DNA of 25,385 nt from a virus (Duplodnaviria > Caudoviricetes). The translations under genes were made by a program, and so were the position numbers. Shown piece by piece: positions 24,877-25,385 of the stretch. The stretch's first letter is position 1. Each line of letters opens with the position of its first letter. The stretch covers positions 1-25,385 of the IMG/VR virus record IMGVR_UViG_3300016722_000154. The stretch is one strand, 5' to 3'. The notes below the pieces were generated by a model. The model worked only from the letters and a program-made list of their open reading frames with translations. It was not told the origin of the DNA and made no database searches.

Positions 24877-25289
24877 AATAAGGCATACCTGCTTTTACAA
24901 TAGGTGATTTGTTTATTAAATATTTGTTTTGACGAAACTTTATTCAATGATTTGGATGAGTTCTCAAGTTGGTCAAATAAACTGGAAAAGTTAATGATAT
25001 TTGTTGAAGGAGTAATAGCCCTTTCCAGTTTATATTTTTTGGAAAGGAGATGGGTAGTTACGCTGTCTATTAACTTTTGGTTTTCTTTTGCTAATGTCAA
25101 GTTGGTGTATTCCGTTTCAAAGCTTTTAGCAACAATTTGAACTACTGGGTTTATTAAAGTTAATGTGTCGACTCCTTTTTTTACTTTTTTGAATTCAGGA
25201 GAATATTTCTCGGGAATAAAAGCTGTCAAAAAGAGAAATAGAATTCCAAATAAAATGGCTCCGTAATGATTAATTAAATGATTTTTCAT
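24828..25289 (-). CDS. host exported/membrane protein, probably truncated by the prophage insertion
   Basis: ATG 25289, N-terminal hydrophobic segment; last ~15 codons are read from the phage end repeats. Confidence 0.5.
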   Translation of the reverse strand: MKNHLINHYGAILFGILFLFLTAFIPEKYSPEFKKVKKGVDTLTLINPVVQIVAKSFETEYTNLTLAKENQKLIDSVTTHLLSKKYKLERAITPSTNIINFSSLFDQLENSSKSLNKVSSKQIFNKQITYCKSRYALFIIAKTKCSTFLKPKV

Positions 25290-25385
25290 GGCTTTGTCTG
25301 TCGTTATCTTTAACTTGCTGCTAACAATTGCAAAACCACCATCATGGTGGTTATTTTGTAAATAATTATTGTTTTCCGTCCACAA

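Noticed and set aside
1-25385. CRISPR array, tRNA or rRNA genes
   Set aside because: No regularly spaced repeats or cloverleaf/rRNA-like sequence seen; the 4388-4455 element has only two hairpins

Overview
Nearly the whole window (1 to about 24876) is the late half and right end of a Mu-like (transposable), contractile-tailed prophage. The host is probably Bacteroidota, judged from the TAnnTTTG promoter boxes, AT-rich SD-less starts and gene families. A symmetric divergent promoter region (9775-9911) drives two operons. The leftward one encodes small and large terminase, a gp36-like connector, portal, MuF, tape measure, and gpG-like and gp37-like tail completion proteins. The rightward one encodes a ClpP-like head protease/scaffold, capsid, sheath, tube, tail chaperone, baseplate, an embedded lysis cassette, fibre modules and a terminal DNA adenine methylase in the Mu mom position. 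The most striking feature is that the MuF gene has no start codon for its N-terminal ~95 codons. It appears to be reached by a -1 ribosomal frameshift (A AAT TTT plus a GC-rich hairpin) at the end of the portal gene, giving a ~862-aa portal-MuF-PD-(D/E)xK (CdiA-like) nuclease fusion. No protein immunity gene follows. Instead a ~65-nt two-hairpin RNA with its own consensus promoter converges on the toxin stop codon. Also visible are a second -1 frameshift (tail chaperone G/GT), a capsid protein with a hydrophobic N-terminal leader, a pseudoknot-capable RNA element before the methylase, and the transposable end interrupting a host gene. All product calls come from motif recognition and synteny; no searches were run.
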